64,000 bases of DNA from the human T2T-CHM13v2.0 reference genome, Homo sapiens. A program made the translations under genes and the position numbers. Every line of letters begins with the position of its first letter. Positions within the stretch are counted from its first letter, which is position 1. The notes under the pieces were generated by a model. It was not told the origin of the DNA, ran no database searches, and saw nothing but the letters and a program-made list of their open reading frames with translations. Shown here piece after piece: positions 32,345 through 47,222 of this stretch. The DNA lies in the NCBI RefSeq assembly GCF_009914755.1, contig NC_060929.1; one strand, 5' to 3'.

Positions 32345-34490
32345 AATGTTTCTCTCTTCTTGATGTAGGCATTTAGTGCTATAAACTTTCCTCTTAACAC
32401 TGATTTTGCTGCATTTCACACTTTTGGGTATTTTTTTTTCTCTGTTTTCACTTATTTCAAAGAACTGTTTGATTTCTGCCTTAATTTTATTGTTTATCTA
32501 AAAGTCATTCAGGAACAAGTTAATTTCCACATAATTGTATGGTTTTGAGATATATTGTTGGTGTTGATTTCTACTTTTATTCGTCTGTGGTCTGAGACTA
32601 TGCTTGGTATGATTTCAATTTTCTTGAATTTATTGAGATTTGCTTTATGACTAAGGATGTCATCAATTTTGACTGTATTTCATGTATACATGACAGGAGT
32701 ATATATTCTGTGGTTGTGGGAGGAGTCTTCTATAGATATATATTTGGTCTAATTGGTAGAGTGTCTCATTTAAAGTCCAGAGTTTCTTTGTTAATTTGGT
32801 GCCTTAATGATCTAGCTAATGCTGTCAGTGGAGTGTTGAGGTCCCCTACTATTACTGTGTGGTTGTTTAAGTATTTTCGTAGCTCTAGAAGTACTGGCTT
32901 GATAAATCTGATTGTTCTCATGTTAGCTGCATATGTTTTTAGGATAGTTAAATCTTCTTGTTGAGTTAAGCCCTTTATCATTATGTAATGCCCTTCTTTG
33001 TCCTATTTTACAATCGTAGGTTTAAATTCTGTTTTATCTGATATAATAATAGGCACTCCTGCTCTCTTTTGTGTTCTGTTTTTGTGTTAGATCTTTCTGT
33101 AACCTTTACTTTGAGTCTGTGGGTACCATTACACTTCGGATGTATCTCTTGAAGACAGCAGATTAATGGATCTTGTTTTTTTTTAATCCAACTTACCACT
33201 CTGTGCCTTTTAAGTGAATGCTTTTAGACACTTTATGTTCAAGGTTAATACTGATATGTGAGGTTTTGATCCTATGATGAAGCCATCAGCTGGTTGTTTT
33301 GTAGTTTCTGTTGTATAGTTGCTTGAGAGGGTCAATGGATTATTCACTTCAGTGTGTTTTTATAGTGGCAGGTATTGATTTTCTCTCTCTCTCTCTCTCT
33401 CTTTTTCTTCATGTTTAGAACTCTCTTAAAGATCTCTTGTAAGGTTGGGGTAGTGGTAACAAATACTCTTAGCAATTTTTTGTCTATAAAATATTTGCAT
33501 TTCTCCTTCACTTTAGAAGCCTTTTTTTGACGAGATATGAACTTCTTCTTTGGAATTTCTTTTCTTTTAGAATGCCAAAAAAGGCCCCCCTTTTATTCTG
33601 GCTTCTGTGGCTTTTGGTGAGAAATCCACTGTTGTTGCCCTGATGGGGTTCCACTTCAATGTAATCTGATCTTTTTCTCTAGCTGTCTTAAATTTTTTTT
33701 TAATTGACCTTGTGCAGTGCAAATAGTGTATGCTTTGGTGGTATTTATTTTGTACAGTTTCTCACAGGTGTTCTCTGGATATCTTTAATCTTGATGTTTA
33801 CCTCTCTAGCAAAATTAGAAAATTTTTTTGAATTATTCTATCAAATATGTTTTTCAGATTGTTTATGTTGTCTTCTTCTCTCTCATGAATGCTAATAATT
33901 TGTGGGTTTGGTTGCTTTACATAATCCCACATTTCTCAAAGACTTTGTTCATGTATTTTAAATTATTACTTTTTAATTTTTTTGTCTCAGTGGGTTAGTT
34001 CAAAAAAACCAGTCTTCAATATTTAACAGATGGATTTTAAAAGAGCAAATATTCTCTCTGAAAGTTCATATGGCATCTTTTTTTGTTGTAAGGTAAGGAA
34101 CAAAATGATATTAGATTTATACCTCAAAACTACAGGTCTCCTTCTATAATACATACACTCTTAAAACAGTTACCATTATTATCACTAAAGCAATTATCAT
34201 TACTAAAAAGTTACAACAAACATGAAGTTATACTGGAATAAAATGTGTTCCTTCTCAGAGGTAACAAGAGAATCACTAGTCATTGACAACATAGTGAAGT
34301 TTATATGATAAAGCAAATTGGCTTTTAGAAAGTGTGAAAATTGATTATATGTGTTGAACTAAGAACAACTGAAGAAGCAATAGCAAATTCCACTGGTACA
34401 AGTCACTGTGGGGTGAAACTCAGGAAAGGCAAACATAACTTGCTTCATGGAGAAGGAAAAGGTATTCAGAATATGGCTATTGCCTAATGG

Positions 34491-34491
<1 letters not shown>

Positions 34492-34534
<43 letters not shown>
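34492..34534. repeat. (AC)~21 microsatellite
   Basis: Pure dinucleotide run. Confidence 0.97.
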
Positions 34535-34536
<2 letters not shown>

Positions 34537-35501
34537 GTCCTGTTGAGAACATGGTCTTCAATTTATTATAAAAGGTTTTTATTAAAATTTTTTAAAATTA
34601 AAAATAATGTTTTTAATGTGAATATTTGTATACATTTTCCCAAACTGTTAAAAAAGAAAACTATAGATAATGGCTAAATTTATAAACCAGGGAGGTAGAC
34701 ACATACTATTAACCAAGAATGTTTCAAATAAGAATTTACATTATAAATATATATATTATATGTAATCTTTTTGATATTTCCCTCTAGCTAAGCTTTCTTT
34801 TCTTACCATCAAAACTAGCATTAGCAATGAGATTTTCAGTCCATGTCTATAATTTTATACATCTCCATACTACTTCTCAATAAAACTGTAGTAACTTCTA
34901 CCCAGAGCACTGCACTAAACCTGATTTTAATGAATTCATCAATGATTCTTTGTTGCTCATGCAGTGGACTTCTCATTCAGTGTAAAAGCTCAAAACATTT
35001 GAAATTATTGACTTTTTATTGTCTTCACTCTTATTGCATGTGGAATTATTCCTATGACACTTGCCTTTTGGCTTTTAGGATTATTTTATATATATATGAA
35101 TCACTTATTTCCTTATTTGATTATAAGCAAATTTATTGACTATGCAGTACTGTTCTACTTTTTATGTGCAAACTTTCACATATTGGTGACAAAATATTTA
35201 TGAATGAGCAAATTAATGTTCAGCTGTCATAAAATGTGTATTTATCTCTCTTTAGATATATAAATATAGATATGCCTAAAGATGTGTATACCAGAAATCC
35301 CCAGTTAAAGAAGAGTGCTTTGTTTCACATTATTCTTTCTCTAAAAGATTTAATCTAATTGATATACTTTATCTAAAGTAGAATGAGTTGAGGATGTCTC
35401 TACTTTTTATTTGAATATGTATTTAAGTGCCTATTTTCACCAGGCCATGTTCTAGAGACTAACATGCAGCCGCTCATAACCTACTCCCCTGGCCCTAATT
35501 C

Positions 35502-36154
35502 TGTTGGGGCTCAGAAAACAATACCCCAAAATAAAGGCTTCAGAAACAGCCCCAGAAGCAAAAGTTTCTCTCTGACATTCTCATGCCCTCCTGTCTCTCA
35601 CCCTTATTCTCCCCAGACCCAAGCTGTAGAATCTGGAAGCCCTCTTCCTCATGGTTGATCATAGAAACCGATCATAGAAACCGGAACCCTTTTTACCCAC
35701 ATTCGGCTGTAAAACCTAATAATGTTACTATTTCCCCTGCTGTTCTATGTAAAAATTGGCCATAAAGAAATTATCTGACCTACTTTGTTTGATTGCAGGT
35801 CATAAGACCCTCATTTCAGAAAGGGTCCTGCTCCATACCCAGAAGGAAGGAAGCCTGCACTGAAGAATCTGGACAGACAGGCCTTTTGGGGCTTCCTCAT
35901 TCAGTCTAATAGATTATGAAAACGTAACTCTTGTGTCCAATCACAGTTCTACATGGCCATCCATTCTCCATCAAAACTAAGTATTAAAATGGACGATTTC
36001 TCTTGTATCTTTGGGTCTTCATTCTGAACACATCAATGTCATGTAAGACTATGACCAAATAAATTGATATGCCTTGTCTGTTGATTTTTTTTTTCAGTTC
36101 ACTTTTTAGTAAACCTTCAGAGGATGAAGAGGAAATTTTTCCTTTACCCCTGTA
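35502..36154 (+). mobile_element. Solo ERV1 LTR, MER39-like (MER4 group)
   Basis: Starts TGTTGGGGCTCAGAAAACAATACCCCAAAA, ends aaccttcagagg...cccctgta; near-TSD attc/gttc. Confidence 0.75.
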
Positions 36155-38364
36155 GTTCTATTATAGAGATAAATCATTTTCACTAAAATAAATTTTGAAT
36201 TTTTTTCATTGATGACATAAGCTAACATTTTAAAAGGATTAAAAGGTCAAGAATGACTAGAACTGCTATTTAAATTACCTTGTCAAGGAAGTCATGTTGG
36301 AGAGAAACTCTTTGTGTTAAAGTTTGCTTATATTTCACTTTAACCTAAGGTACGCTGTAATAACAATAACCCAAAACCGCAATGGCTTACAACAATATTT
36401 AATTTATCCGTCACATGAAATGTGGAGTGGACTTGTAGTGGAAACACAATCAAAGTCTAAGTAAACGTGTTTTAAAAAAGATATTTTCCAGTTGATTCTG
36501 TAATTCTATGGAGATGCAGAGGATTTACAACTGTTAAAACAAATGTGAAAAAGAACAATAGTAAATGGCTCACGTTAATTCAAAAAAATTAATTTCAAAA
36601 AAAGTCGTGAGGCTATAATAAGATGTAGTATTGCAATACATATAGACAAAAAGATCAGTGAAGCAGAAGAAAAATACAGAAAACCAAACACACAAGTTTG
36701 GATGCAGAAAGAAATAAATTAGTCTTAAAAAATAGGGTGCTAAGACAATTCTACGGCAAATTAAAGTTTCTTAAATGAGATGGGAAAATATATAAAAATA
36801 AAAATTAATCACAACCCTTGCCTCTTAGTAAAAAAAGTACGATATTAATACCAGACAGATTTTTGATTTAAAAATAAAAGGCAAAATAGAAATCTTTAAA
36901 AGAAATCATAAAAAATATGCTTATGCCAAATAGTATTAAGATCTGTTTATTTCACTGTATGTAATTTTTAGCTCTATAGATATTGATTAGAAAAATTTGC
37001 AGAATCATCAACAATGATTTAATATAAAAATATTATATCATTGTTGACTCAAACACAGTACTTAGGAAGAATAAAAAGAAAAATAAGACACCATATACAC
37101 ATAGCAACTAAACCCTATATAAGTACATAGCATAGTGGTGACACAGTAACACCAAAACACTATGATGAGAGCTTAAATAAAGGCACAGCACAAACACTAT
37201 TGAACTATAGAAAAAAGAGTCCTGAACTTTTGAAGGATGGAGAGAGGAAAATAAATGCCTTATAGCATAAGTGTTCCTCAAGCCTACAAATCTTTTAACA
37301 CTAACAATATATTTGATTATGATTTTTTATTTTGTTACCATTTAAAAAGGCGTTTACTGGATATAAAAAGATAGCAAGATATTTGATTCAGTTTATCATA
37401 TTTTCCTTTATAAAAAGTAACATTTAATGCAGAAACTTTTGAATTAAAATGCATTGCAGACTCATAATGTCATTTTAACATGTATTACTATACTTTGAAT
37501 CCATTCATGGCTGAATCTGAAATATATATTTGAACAGCTGTTAGTTGAAATAAAAGTACTCATTTCTTACTAGACCAATTTTATGTAATGCTGAAAACTC
37601 TTTTAGCATTTTTGTTTAACTAGGGTAATGGCAAAATGCCTAAAAACATATAAGTTGTGTGGCTGTACCTTGTATATATGTTTTTCTTCAAGTTCAACAT
37701 TTTTAGTGAGAATCGTTTCTACAAAGTCTCAAAGTAAAATTAGAAATGTTTAAAAATTACAAAAAAAACAAAAAATAGAAAAAGTTGTGGGCCTGAAATG
37801 GTCACTTTGCCATTTGACTGACAAAGCACACAGAAGAACTCACGTACCACTTGACATTTTGCTTTTTATAATTGATCATCATTTACATATATTCTTTTTC
37901 ATAATTGTGTTTTAGTTCCTTAAGCGAAGGTTCAGTCAATGTTCTTTAACTCTTCTTATTTTCACCAAATATTATTTCAATCATGATGGTATTAAAAAAC
38001 CCAGGTAAAATAACATATCATAACTTAGAATAAATTTTAAATTAATTATTCAACTATCATATATAGTCACCCACCATATGGGGCACATAATTGTCTACTT
38101 TAAAACATGTCACTTCTTGAATTTTTTCTGTTCAGAATGTTCAAACATGACAATGTATTATATCTATTGTAGCTGATGATGTTAATTTCTCTTTAAAAAT
38201 TGTAATTAGTTTAGATGATAATTCCCCTATAGGAACATTAACTAATTGATAATCCCTCAAAAAATTTGTTTCAATGGTTTTATTTAGTTTTATTGATAAA
38301 AAAGTAGTAGACACTTATTTATTTTTAATTAAAAAATTATTTTAAAAAACATTTTAAAACATTT

Positions 38365-39520
38365 TCCCTTCCAAATTTATTTCAGGTTCAGAGGGTACAT
38401 GTGCGCATTTGTTACATGGGTAAATTGCGTGTTCTTGTGGTTTGGTGTACAAATTATTTTGTCCATGTAGTGAGCATAGTACCCAGTAGGTAGTTCTTTA
38501 GTCTTTACCCTCCTCCTACCCTCCACCTTTAAGTAGGCCGCAGTGCAGTTTTGTTCCCCTCTTTGCGTCCATGTGCACTAAATGTTTAGCTCCTAATTAG
38601 ATGTAAGTACATGCAGTATTTGAGTTTCTGTTCCTAGGTTAACTCAATAAGGTAATGGCCTTCCGCTCCATCCAAGGTGCTGCAAAAGACATAATTTCAT
38701 TCTTTTTTTTCAGGCTGTAGTACTCCATGATGTGTATGTTCCACATTTTCTTTATTCCAGTCCACTGCTGATGGCACTAGATTGATTCCATGTCTTTGCT
38801 ATTGTGAATGGTGCTGCTGCAATGAACGTATGTATGCGTGTGTCTTTACGGTAAAATGATGTATAGTCCTTTGGGTATATAGTCAATCATGGGACTTCTG
38901 GGTTAAGTGATAGCTCTTTTTTAAGTTATTTGAGAAATCTCCAAACTGCTTTCTACAGTGGCTAAACTAATTTACAGTCTCTCCAGCAGTGTATAAGTGT
39001 TCTCTTTTTTCTGTAAATCTTGCCAACGTCTGTTATTTTTTTGACATTTCTATAATAGCCATTCTGACTGGTGTAAGATGGTATGTCATTGTGGTTTTGA
39101 TTTGCATTTTTCCAATGATTGGTGATGTTGAGTATTTTTTTCATATGCTTTTTGGCTGCATGTATGTCTTCTTCTGAGAAGTGTCTGCTTATGTCCTTTG
39201 CCCATTTTTTTAATGAAATTGTATTATGCTTGTTGATTTAAGTTCCTTAGAGATTCTAGATATTAGGCCTTTATGAGATGCATAGTTTGCAGATGTTTTT
39301 CTTATTCTGTAGGTTGTCTGTTTGTTCTGCTGATACTTTTTTTTTTTTTTCTGTGCAGAGCTCTTATTTAATTAGGTCCCACATGTAAATTTTTGTTTTT
39401 GTTGCTATTTGTTTTGGAGTCTTTGTCATGAAATCTTTGCCAGGGTCTACATCCAGAATAGTATTTTCTCGGTTTTCTTCTAGGATTTTTATAGTTTTAG
39501 GTTTTATATCTAAGTCCAGA
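38365..39520 (-). mobile_element. L1 3' end (L1PA-old/PB)
   Basis: gggtacatgtgcgcatttgttacatgggtaaattgcgtgt... plus ORF2 C-terminal remnants. Confidence 0.9.
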
Positions 39521-39537
39521 CATTTTAAGGAATAATA

Positions 39538-39830
39538 GGCCAGGCGCGGTGGCTCATATCTGTAATCCCAGCATTTTGAGAGGCCAAGGCAGGTGGATCA
39601 CAAGGTCAGGAGATCGAGAACATCCTGGCCAACATGGTGAAACCCCATCACTGCTAAAATACAAAAAATTAGCTGGGTGTGGTGGAGGATGCCTGTAGTC
39701 CCAGATACTTGGGAGGCGGAGGGTGAATCGGTTGGACCCAGGAGGCGGAGTTGCAGTGAGCTGAGATCGCGCCACTGCACTCCAGCCTGGAGACAGATTA
39801 AGACTCCATCTCAAAAAAAAAAAAAAAAAA
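39538..39830 (+). mobile_element. Alu (Sc-like)
   Basis: Dimer with polyA; TSD GAATAATA. Confidence 0.95.
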
Positions 39831-41481
39831 GAGAATAATAGTAAAGTATGAGCCAATTGGAGAACATTTATTTCTACATTTATTTAGTTGTAATGAATTT
39901 TGAATGGCTCAAAGATGTGCAGATCACCTATAGTTTGTGTTAACATTTTCTGCTGCAAAACAAACAAACAAACAAAAATCCATAATAGTAATTATGTAAA
40001 ATGTAATATCATGTTATTTTACTCCAGAAGCAAATGGGAGAAGGTATATCTACATCTGTATTTACACACAAAAAACATAGGTGGTTGACATAATTATATA
40101 TAATGTATAAATATATGCATATTTTCATGTGTAGTTTACATAAGCGTGTGAATGTGACTAAAAATATACAGTAAAATCAGCTATAAAATATATAAATTCA
40201 TTATGAGATAAAATAAACAATGAATGAAATTGCAGCTAATAAAATCAAAATATTATTATACCTAAAGAGATAAATATGATAACATGTAAAAGAATTTATA
40301 GCTTCCAAAATTAAAAAGCTAAAATAATTCATGCCTAGCTGGTATGCACCTTATAAAATATTAAAGGAAGTTCTTCAGGTAGAAGCAGTATTACAAATAT
40401 TGATTAAAATAATGAAATTAAATTTCAGCATTAATGTTAAACAGAATTTTTTTCTTTTCTTAAATGATACTTGAGTTTCTTTGTGTCTCTATTAGAGGCA
40501 GACTGCTCATTTACAATATGTGACACATCTCTGAAGGAAGATGGAGTTGAGATTAATACACTTGCTCTCTGTGGATTGCAGACTATTACTCCCAAAATGC
40601 CCGTAAAATACCAAAATACCTGGTCTTCAGAGAGTCATAATATTTCATACAACATCTTCTCTCCCTGTTATCTTATGACCTCAGAGTCACATTCTTTACC
40701 CTTTGAATACTCTACCACATGTTTTACTGTTGTTTTCTGTTTTATGTCCCATGTGTACTCTGCATTGATTAAAAGTTTATAAAAGTAACCTCTTGAAAAT
40801 GATAACTACCTAAGTATCTTTAACAAGGTCATTTCCAATATACTTAACCACTTTTCTTCAGTCTCTTCAGTTCTAAAGGAGACTCAAGGCTGTTACAGAA
40901 TCGCCTTGCTTCATCTATCTTTAAAACATCATTTACCTTTGGTTTTCTTTTGTCTCTCAAATTTCTTTTTTTCCTTCTAAACATTTTCTTAATTTTATGG
41001 AAAGCTTATATATCTTGGCACTTGTATCTTCTGTCTTTCTCTTAACATTGTCTTTCTGGCACTTCCAGCAAAAGAAAGTTAGGCCACAATGTTAACCCTT
41101 CTCTTGCCATGCTTCTTTCTCTTTTTTAACAATTACTTGGATACATTAGGGAACTTCTCAGTGTGCCTGACAAGATGTATTTTAATTTATCATCATTTGA
41201 TGTTGAACCTATAATATTCTGGTTGCCACTTTTACAGTTTGAACTGCTCTTGCAGAGTTGTAATATTTATGTTGCTAATTTTTATGTTTTATCATATTTC
41301 ACCATTCTATACTCTATGACACATTGTCCTATATGCTGTTTTAAATGATTTTTTTTTCCTTTAGTGTCTTTGACCCTTTCTTTACAAGGTTTGACCTCTA
41401 TTTCTTTTGGTGTTCATTTCAGACTCCTGTCCAAGATATAACTGTGTGATGTCTGTTTCTTTGTATGCACACACACAGATA

Positions 41482-41508
41482 CACACACACACACACACAC
41501 ACACACAC
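41482..41508. repeat. (AC)n microsatellite
   Basis: Dinucleotide run. Confidence 0.9.
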
Positions 41509-44147
41509 CATCTTTATCAAACCATTATAGAACATATGTTTGCATTGAACACATCACTTAAAGAGAAATTCGAACCATAAAGTTTTGATACAAGAAGCAT
41601 TTTAATGAAAAGTTTAAGATGAAAGTCTTTGGCTTAAGATATTTATCCTCACTTTGATATTTCCTACGTACAATCATCCAACTAATAATATCACTAAGCA
41701 TCTATTTCCCATCTGAGGAATTAGAAAATAAAATACTGTATACAATGATAGAAAGAAAACACAAGAGTGTGTAATATACCTTATGCTTATAAGACATATA
41801 GGAAATATCACTGCCTTAATAACTATATAGCTCTAAATATGCTCCTACTAATAATAAAAGTATATACACATGGAAAATGTTATATCTTAGAAGTACTTTT
41901 ACAGTTTTTATGAGAGGTTATTCAATGCAACTATGTTTTTGTGCATCATCTGAATTGTTTGTCTCAGTTACCAAAAACTACATATTTAAAGAAATTCTGT
42001 CCATTTTATGGATATTAGATTTGAAGTGATTATTGTTCAACATTGATATAATGAATTTAATCTAAATCTCAGATATTGTCCTGATGCCATTTAAAATTAT
42101 TACAGAATATGAGTATTTTATCCTAAGTTCATTTAGATATACAGTGTTATCTATACAATGTTTCTTTTCATTATTAGCATGATTTTTTTGTAATTCTGAA
42201 ATATGAGATGAACACACTCATGTCATTGTCAAATACTGTGGAGTAAAATCAATACAAATGTAGAATGTTACATACAGTGCTGCTTCTATATTTTACATTC
42301 AAAGCACATAGATAACAATTTAATTAGATTAGATAATTTTCAAAGAAATGTTCATATTTTGATCATTTTGATATATATATCTTAAAATAATTTTTTCTTG
42401 GTCAAGAGGACTTTCTATAATAATATCCTATAGCATGGTTCATGTATGTGTCATGACATATTTGATTCTCACTGAACTGACTAGACATTTGATCCATATA
42501 TATGAATGTTTGTGGTACATATATACATGTATGTGTATATGTGTATATCACTATTATACATATACATTGCATGTAATATTTTATTATAAGTGCTAGTTTG
42601 TTTCCTTACATATTTAGATGTACTTAATGCGAAAAATATTTTCCATATTTTTGGTTTGTAATAAAAGTGTATAAGATAATTTCCTCTTTATTATAAAATG
42701 ATATATCTTATGCAAGACAAAGGCTAGGACTTTAATTAAATAGGATAAGATGTTAGAGTCATTGCTGTGAATTTTTGAAAGGTAAAATGTATGTTGTTTT
42801 TTTATGAAATATGTATATTTTTGATCAGTACATGCTCGCCTTCCACCTTGAAAGCCTGCATACTGTTGACAGAGGAAGATTTTACTGCTTGCTACTTTTT
42901 GAGTTCTACTAGAAGCCCATCATGTTGCTTTGAGGTATTTCCAGGACTATCACTCTTCACGTACCTCTCTTCTATCTTTGATTTTATTCAACCTTGTCGA
43001 ATCTCCCTGTCTCTCACCTTCTCTCTCTCCTTTTGAAAAATATTCTTTTTATGTTATCTGTTAATAATAATCGAGAAGTTTTATGCCTAGTAATATGCAT
43101 CATGGAATTGTATCAGCTTACAGGATCATATTATTCAAGGAAAGAAATATAATGAAATATATTCAGGCAAATATTTAATCTCAGATTTGGCTCTGCTGTC
43201 ATTATATTCTCTGATTAATGTACCTAACAAGTCTACAAACCCTGGGAGAATGAGAAGTGTAATAGGCATGAAATCTTCCTACAGTTAAATAACAGGAATC
43301 ATAGCACTTATGTGTAAGAGTTCACGTTTTATTGGTTAAATGTTAATGCTTATGATGATTGTCAAAGAATAAATTTTCATATTTATAATTAAACTACCGC
43401 ATTACAAAAATGCGAATGTACATATGGCTACAGAGTTAATGAACATTTCAATGTTTAAACATTAGCTTTAGAGAAAAAAAAAACAAAACAGCTGTTCCAG
43501 GTAACACCAGTTGAGTAGGTAATTTGTAATTAATTATAGACACATATGGCCATTGCTACTCATGCACAGACCAAATGTTTCCTTGCTAATAAAAAAGGCA
43601 AGCGTTCAATTATCTGTAACCATTAAAGAGTATTTTTATTGCCATATTGTGAATTAGTTTGATGTAATAATCCATCCTAGATTTTATATATGAATCATTT
43701 TACAAAACCGATTTTTTTGATTTGGCAAAAAAATGCCCATGTCTATAGAGAAAAAGTGAATTTCTTTTGAGTAACGTTTTAACACTTGAGAGGTAGTTTC
43801 ATGATTAGAAAAAATCTAAAGGTGTTTCATTTATCTTATTAAAATGTAGCTAAACTTATTGGTGAGAAAGAGATAAAGATAATATCCAGGTCAGTAAATA
43901 ATTCTCTATTGTTGTAAAATAAGTTGTAATTAATGCCTACATATCTATTTCATATGACTTCATTTAAATGCTCTTTTTCTTTGCCTCACTGTCGCTTACA
44001 ATTATTCTAAAATAATCCTTGATACATCATGGTTATTCTCATTCAAATCATTGACATTTACTCTCCTTTTGCCTTTGTTGAATTTGGTTGCATACTTTGA
44101 CATAAGACTATGTCTAAAGAAAGACAAATCTAATTGTTTTCTGATTT

Positions 44148-44201
44148 TATTACCTCAAATTATATGATTATGTGTATTACCTCAAATTATATGATTATGT
44201 G
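44148..44201. repeat. Perfect 27-bp tandem duplication
   Basis: TATTACCTCAAATTATATGATTATGTG x2. Confidence 0.95.
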
Positions 44202-45173
44202 TTGACATATTTGCATTTCTCAATTTAACTTAATAACCCAGAAGATTTAAATGAATTATTATACATTTATGGCTCAGAAATAGAAAATGCACATTTTAAA
44301 ACTCCTCAATTCTCTCTGAAAAACCAGATATTTCCAATTTATTCACTTAAAACTGACATTAATTATTATTTTAAAATATCTCTTTCACTCCTTTATGAAT
44401 GACAATAAAAAATATACTAATGCCTATTGTGTTAGAAACTGTACCTTGTACTGAATAGTATGTAGTTTTTACTTTCACTTTTAAATTAACTTTCAATTCC
44501 ATTTTTTCAAAGGACTTTGAATATGCTAACATTTGATTTGTCTATACTTTTCTTTGGATTTCATGCATTCTTTGAAGGTTTGAAAGAATAATGTTAATTA
44601 TAATTCATATACTTGATTTGTGGCATAACTGTCACTTGATGTAGTGTGAAAAATAAATATTACAAATTATGACTTTTCAAGTTTTATATAGTTGAAAAAA
44701 ATAATATCAGATTTGGTGCAGGAAAATTTTAGGCTTAGATGGTTTAACTTGCTTGATGCTTGGTTGATTATTGGTTCCACGTCCACACTTGAAAATCTAT
44801 GTATGCTCTGATATCTCACTCTTCTCCACAGTAAGGTAGGATCACAATCAAATTTTAAGTTCAGTCAAGATGACATCAAAATTTTTCACAAGGAAATTAT
44901 ATATAAAACTAAAATGAAAATTAACAGACATACATAGATATGGGTATCTGTAGTACAAAGCTCTCTGGTCCTGTTTACTGCAACTTGGTTAAATATTGAT
45001 CCCAGTGATACAGCTTCTGCTACACTACACTCATGACTTTTTAAACATATTGTTTTACTATGGTAAAATGTATACTATAAAATTTACCATTTTAACAATT
45101 GTTAGGTGTACAATTTAGTGGTATTAACTATATGCACGCGGTTGTGCAACCATCACCACTATCTGTCTTTTTT

Positions 45174-45355
45174 GCCGGATGCAGTGATTCACTCCTGTAA
45201 TACCAGCACTTTGGGAGGCTGAGGTGAGAGGTTTGTTTGGGTCTAGGAGTTAAGACCAGGCTGAGCAACATGGCAGGACCTCATCTCTACAAAAAATACA
45301 AAAATCAGCCAGGTGGGGTGGCACGCTCCTGTAGTCCCAGCTACATGGAAGGCTT

Positions 45356-45398
<43 letters not shown>

Positions 45399-45520
45399 AC
45401 AGAGAGGCTGATACGGGAGGATTGCTTGAGCCCAGGAGTTCGAGGCGGCAGTGAGACTGTGATCACGCCACTGCACTCCGGCCTGGGCGACAGAGTGAGA
45501 CTCTGTCTTAGAAAAAAAAA
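45174..45520 (+). mobile_element. AluJ-like with an internal (TG)n insertion
   Basis: gggaggattgcttgagcccaggagttcgaggc J diagnostics; (TG)n at ~45359-45394. Confidence 0.92.
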
Positions 45521-46839
45521 AGTGTCTTTTCTTTTTTTTTTTAAATAAAAAAAAGAAAAAAAATCAACATCTCTCCTTATTTACAACTGCATTCCCCTTT
45601 TCCAAATTTCACATACTTTTACGCCTCAGAAAAAAAAAAGCCAGAGCTCTTTATGAGGTGACCATGAAATTAAATTTAGAGTTAACATGAAAAGTGCTTC
45701 ACATACAATTTATACTATGTGCTATTTAAATACACACACACACACACAGACACACACACACCAATACACACATGCAATGCATGGGAATTAGCAATAACAT
45801 ATATGGATGTTTCACATATAACTTCCTATGCCATCGATAACACAGTAGGTGTTAAACTCACGCACTTATAAATCAAGAAAATTGGCTTCACAACCATTTT
45901 TTTCATTTTTTCTAATTTTAATTAAATATGTACTTATTTTGGCATAACTAATATTTTACCTACTGCTCTGTCACTTTTCTTCTTTACTTCTTTCCTTCTT
46001 TTCTCCTTTTCACCCATCTTACCTTTCTAACTTCATTCATTCTTTTATTTTCTTCTTTGAATAATATTATATGCTTCCAAGGAATATATAAGTTGAAGAA
46101 TGGAAATAAAGAAAGTAGTGGTATCTGTTTGTAAAAATACTTTTATCAAAATTAATATTATTTCCTAGTCTAAATATATAACACATACAAAAACGGAAAT
46201 TGCCATATAAGATATTAATATGTTTTTATTGTATATTTTTTCAAAAAAATGCTGAAATAAATTATTTTAAACAGAGTAGTAGCATATAATGTGAAAGTTA
46301 CTTTTGCCTGGAAATTTTCATTCTTACAATTTCCTTGTACTTATAAAGATATAAATAATAAATCCAGATATAAATATAGCTACAGTTATATCTTTATTAT
46401 ACTTTATTACACTACAGATATTCTATATTTTTATAGATATCATTCTATATTTTTAACAATATGTACATATTTAAAGTATAACATGCATATGGAAAAGTGT
46501 AACATTAATAATTGTATATTTCAATGAATTTCCAAAATTTAGCATTTTTATAACCAAGACACAAATCAAGAGTCACAACATTACCAGCAACAGAGAACAC
46601 CTCTCAGAGCCTCCCCTACAATCTTCCATCAGGTTTGTCTGTTAACATTATGTTTATCTTTGATGTTAATATTTATAGATATGGTTTATTGTTAAATGTA
46701 AACACAGAATTCTCTCAGAGAGAATTGTACTAAATTGTCATACTTAATAACTGATTTTGCTTATAGATATTTCAAATTTTTACTTTAAACATGACTGCAA
46801 TAATCACATTTGTACATATGTCTTCATATCTTTTGAATA

Positions 46840-46917
46840 TTATTTTGGTGCAAAAGTAATGGTGATTTGCCTTTACTTTTAAATGGCAAAAACACAATTA
46901 CTTTTGCACCAACCTAA
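46840..46917. mobile_element. MADE1 (Hsmar1 mariner-derived MITE)
   Basis: ttggtgcaaaagtaat...attacttttgcaccaacctaa inverted termini, ~80 bp, TA on both sides. Confidence 0.93.
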
Positions 46918-47157
46918 TACTTTCATGTTATATATTCTAATCCTTGGAATTACTAAGTCAAGGAATAGGGACCACACCAGTTGTTACTGAACTTAAAATA
47001 GAAAGAGAACTTTTACCTCTCGATCAAAAGTAGTAGGTTTATAGGCCAATGTTTCTGCTAAAAACGTTAGAAAATATCACATTCATTAAAGATATATTTA
47101 TAATTTATATAATTATATATAAATAAATATAAATTTATTTATATATTTAATGAATGA

Positions 47158-47158
<1 letters not shown>

Positions 47159-47218
<60 letters not shown>
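47159..47218. repeat. (TG)9(TA)21 compound microsatellite
   Basis: Direct reading. Confidence 0.95.

Positions 47219-47222
<4 letters not shown>

Larger units (their letters stand above)
28625..34020 (-). mobile_element. Long decayed L1 (L1PB/PA-old) with internal deletions and Alu insertions
   Basis: Minus ORFs give ORF2p remnants: endonuclease (ICCLQE, IVGDLNTPL), RT (MQGWFHI...[12 protein letters not shown]), C-terminus; 3' UTR at ~28630-28900. Confidence 0.93.
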
